In this document: positions 61,174-64,000 of the stretch, in pieces | How the letters are laid out: the number at the start of each line of letters is the position of its first letter | Numbering within the stretch: the stretch's first letter is position 1 | Source: Centroscyllium fabricii | Lineage: Eukaryota | Length of the DNA: 64,000 nt | Direction: 5' to 3' | NCBI GenBank assembly: GCA_051313645.2 | Contig: JBNRSN020000001.1 | Span: 83,142,001-83,206,000, forward strand | Notes under the pieces: model-generated | What the model was told of the DNA's origin: nothing | What the model saw: the letters and a program-made list of their open reading frames with translations, nothing else | The model's database searches: none | Translations under genes and position numbers: made by a program

Positions 61174-64000
61174 ATGTCCAAACCGAACGGGTTTGGGGTT
61201 TTCCAGCCAGATAAAGAAGACTGGGAGGCGTATTTAGAATGCTTCAATATTTATTGTAACGTACAAGCAGTCGCGAACGAGAACAAACTAGACACATTCT
61301 TAAATGCCCTGGGACCTGAAACATACGGGTTGCTCAGAACACTAGTGTCTCCAGATAGACCAGCGACTAAAACGTTACAACAGATAAAGGACATTTTAAA
61401 AGATAATCTGAACCCAAATTCCCCCTTTTATAGCGGAACAATTCAAATTTTTAAAAAGGGACCAGCAAAAGGGGGAGTCACAGGCAGAGTACATCACCGC
61501 ACTCAGACGGTTGTCGAAGCACTGTGCTTTTGGGGAGGAACTGTCCAATCACCTAGGAGACAGATTTGTATGTGGTATACGGGATGATACCACACACAAA
61601 AAATTATTGACCAAAGAGATGCTCACTTTAGAGCAGGCCCTGGAGACGGCCGCGGCCCACGAGGCAGCTGCAGCAGGGGCAGCCGCGATTAGAAACAGTG
61701 GGCATCCCCTAGAGACCCACGAAATCTCTACATGCACAAAAAAGTGCTACCGCTGTGGCAAGTCCACACACGACCAGAGTCGGTGTTGGGCTAAGGACAA
61801 AGACTGTAGACAATGTGGCAAGATAGGCCACATAGCGACGGCTTGTAGGTCAGGGAAACAAGTGAGGCCAACACAGAGACAAACACAGAGACGTCCCAAA
61901 CCCAGAAAGGTAAATAAAATGGCTGAAGAGGATTCGGGAAGCGAATCGGAAGACCAGGGCACAGACCAGTGGGGGCTGGGAAGCTTAAAGGTCCACAATA
62001 TGGGCGATTGTAATATGGATTCCCCTAAAAGTACCGGGGGCAGAGATATCCATGGAGCTAGACACAGGATCTGCTTTATCAGTGATTAATGAAAATTTTT
62101 ACAGGAAAACATTCAGTGGGACACCCCTAGAACAGTCCCCGGTGATATCAAAAACCTACACAGGACAGAAATTTAAGACATTGGGGAGGTTGCCTGTCAC
62201 AGTCAGATATCAAGGTAAACAGACAAAGGGTCTGTACCTCTACGTATTAAAGGATGGTGGAGCACCACTCCTGGGGAGGGAATGGATCCGACGGATCTAC
62301 CTCGACTGGGGCACAATACATAATGTCAAGGCCTCACACAAGACTGATGAGGATCTATCGGTCACCAGAAGACTAGACAGAATACTGAAAAAGAACCCAA
62401 AGGTTTTCCAACCTTGCCTGGGGAAGTTAAAAGGCATTAACACAAAGGTAATGTTCACACAGGGGGCAACCCCAATTTTCACCAAGGCACGTCCAGTACC
62501 CTATGCCATTAGACCAGCAGTGGAGGCAGAACTTAAAAATTTGGAAGCAGAAGGAGTTCTGTCCAAGGAGGAATGGAGTGAATGGGCAACACCCATCGTT
62601 CCAGTCATTAAAAAAACACAAAACAAGGAAGGGGAAAAGACAAAGGTGCGCATTTGCGGGGACTTTAAAATGACCATTAACCCAGTGCTAAAAATTTTAC
62701 AGTACCCATTGTCCAGAATTGAGGATATCTTTGCTTCCTTAGCAGGTGGGAAACGGTTCAGCAAGATAGACCTCTCACAAGCGTATCTACAGGTGGAGGT
62801 GGAGCAGGATTCCAGGAAACTGCTCACCATCAATACGCATAAAGGGTTGTACTAATATAACCGAATGGTTTTTGGCATCGCATCAGTGCCAGCCATATGG
62901 CAGAGGACCATGGACCAGGTACTGCAGGGTATTCCAGGGACACAATGCTACCTGGATGACATCTTAGTGACGGGCAGAACAGATGGGGAACACTTGTCTA
63001 ACTTGGAAACAGTCTTGGAAAGACTCAAAGAGTGTGGGCTCAGGGCCAATAAGCAAAAATGTGAGTTTTTTAAGGATCACATTTCTTATTGTGGCCACTA
63101 AATTGATAGCGAAGGGTTACATAAATCGCCTGACAAGATAGCGGCGGTAGTAAATGCCCCAAGGCCAGAAAATGTCACACAGCTAAGGTCATTCCTGGGG
63201 CTGATTAACTATTATCACAAGTTTTTGCTCAACCTATCAACGGTTTTGTACCCGCTAAATACACTACTACAGGCGGGAACACCCTGGAAGTGGGAGAAAG
63301 CGTGTGAGACAGTTTTCTTAAAAAGCAAACAAATGATCACCTCTAAGGAGGTCCTGATGCATTTTGACCCCAGCCTGCCCATAAAGTTAGCATGTGATGC
63401 TTCCCCTTATGGCATTGGCGCCGTGTTGTCCCACAAATGCCCAGACGGGTCCGAAAGACCAATAGCATTTGCCTCTAAGTCACTCACCACGGCAGAAAAA
63501 AACTACGCTCAAATAGACCGTGAAGCACTCAGCCTGGTGTGGGGGGTGGAAAAATTTCACCATTACTTACACAGCCAACTGTTTACACTGCTAACCGACC
63601 ACCACCCATTGGTTTCTATTTTCCACCCAGAAAAAGGGGTACCCCAGATGACCGCACAAAGGCTGCAAAGTTGGGCACTATTCTTGGGTGCGCACAAATA
63701 TACCATTGAACATAAAGGCACTAAGAGGCATGGTAATGCAGACGGATTGTCGCGATTGCCCCTACCAGAAACAGGAAGGGGGGACAACAAGATCCCCTGG
63801 AATTGTACCGTACGGTAATAGTGGAGCAGTTACCGGTCACAAGCAAACAGATAGAGAGGGAAACGAGAAATGACCCCTGTTTGTCAAAAATTTTGAAGGT
63901 CATAGTACAAGGATGGTCCAGAGAGGACCTCAGCCTATGGCCTGAGCACGCCAACAGAAAGGACCAGTTGTCGGTCTGCCGGGACACGTTAATGTGCAGA
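61174..64000 (+). pseudogene. Ty3/Gypsy (Mag-like) gag-pol, disrupted; runs off the window
   Basis: Gag WEAYLECF..LGPETYGLL; two zinc knuckles (CYRCGKSTHDQSRC and CRQCGKIGHIATAC); protease LDTGS; RT WATPIVPV...YLDD; RNase H ACDASPYGIGAVL...NADGLSRLP. Several frameshifts and stops. Confidence 0.92.

Overview
Vertebrate genomic DNA, most likely a cartilaginous fish (inferred from HE1/V-SINE-like, DeuSINE/SacSINE1-like and CR1 repeats). It holds the head-to-head Zic2 (minus strand, 3 coding exons, 448 aa) and Zic5 (plus strand, 2 coding exons, 482 aa) gene pair. The pair sits in a ~38 kb CpG-rich domain with almost no large transposons. From ~39 kb the sequence switches abruptly to nested LINE, SINE, DNA and LTR elements. 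Best leads: (1) Ten short Penelope-like terminal fragments, eight of them fold-back palindromes. Six retain a minimal type I hammerhead ribozyme core, including one in sense orientation in the Zic5 3' UTR and one in the Zic5 intron. (2) A young-looking 2.7 kb PIF/Harbinger element with no transposase but an intact spliced MADF-BESS gene and helically phased CGTA arrays at both ends. (3) A candidate extra 5' UTR intron in Zic2 that would remove a GU-rich minisatellite. (4) A 5S rRNA-headed SINE. All family names come from recognising sequence by eye; no database search was run, and repeat boundaries are approximate unless a TSD is given.
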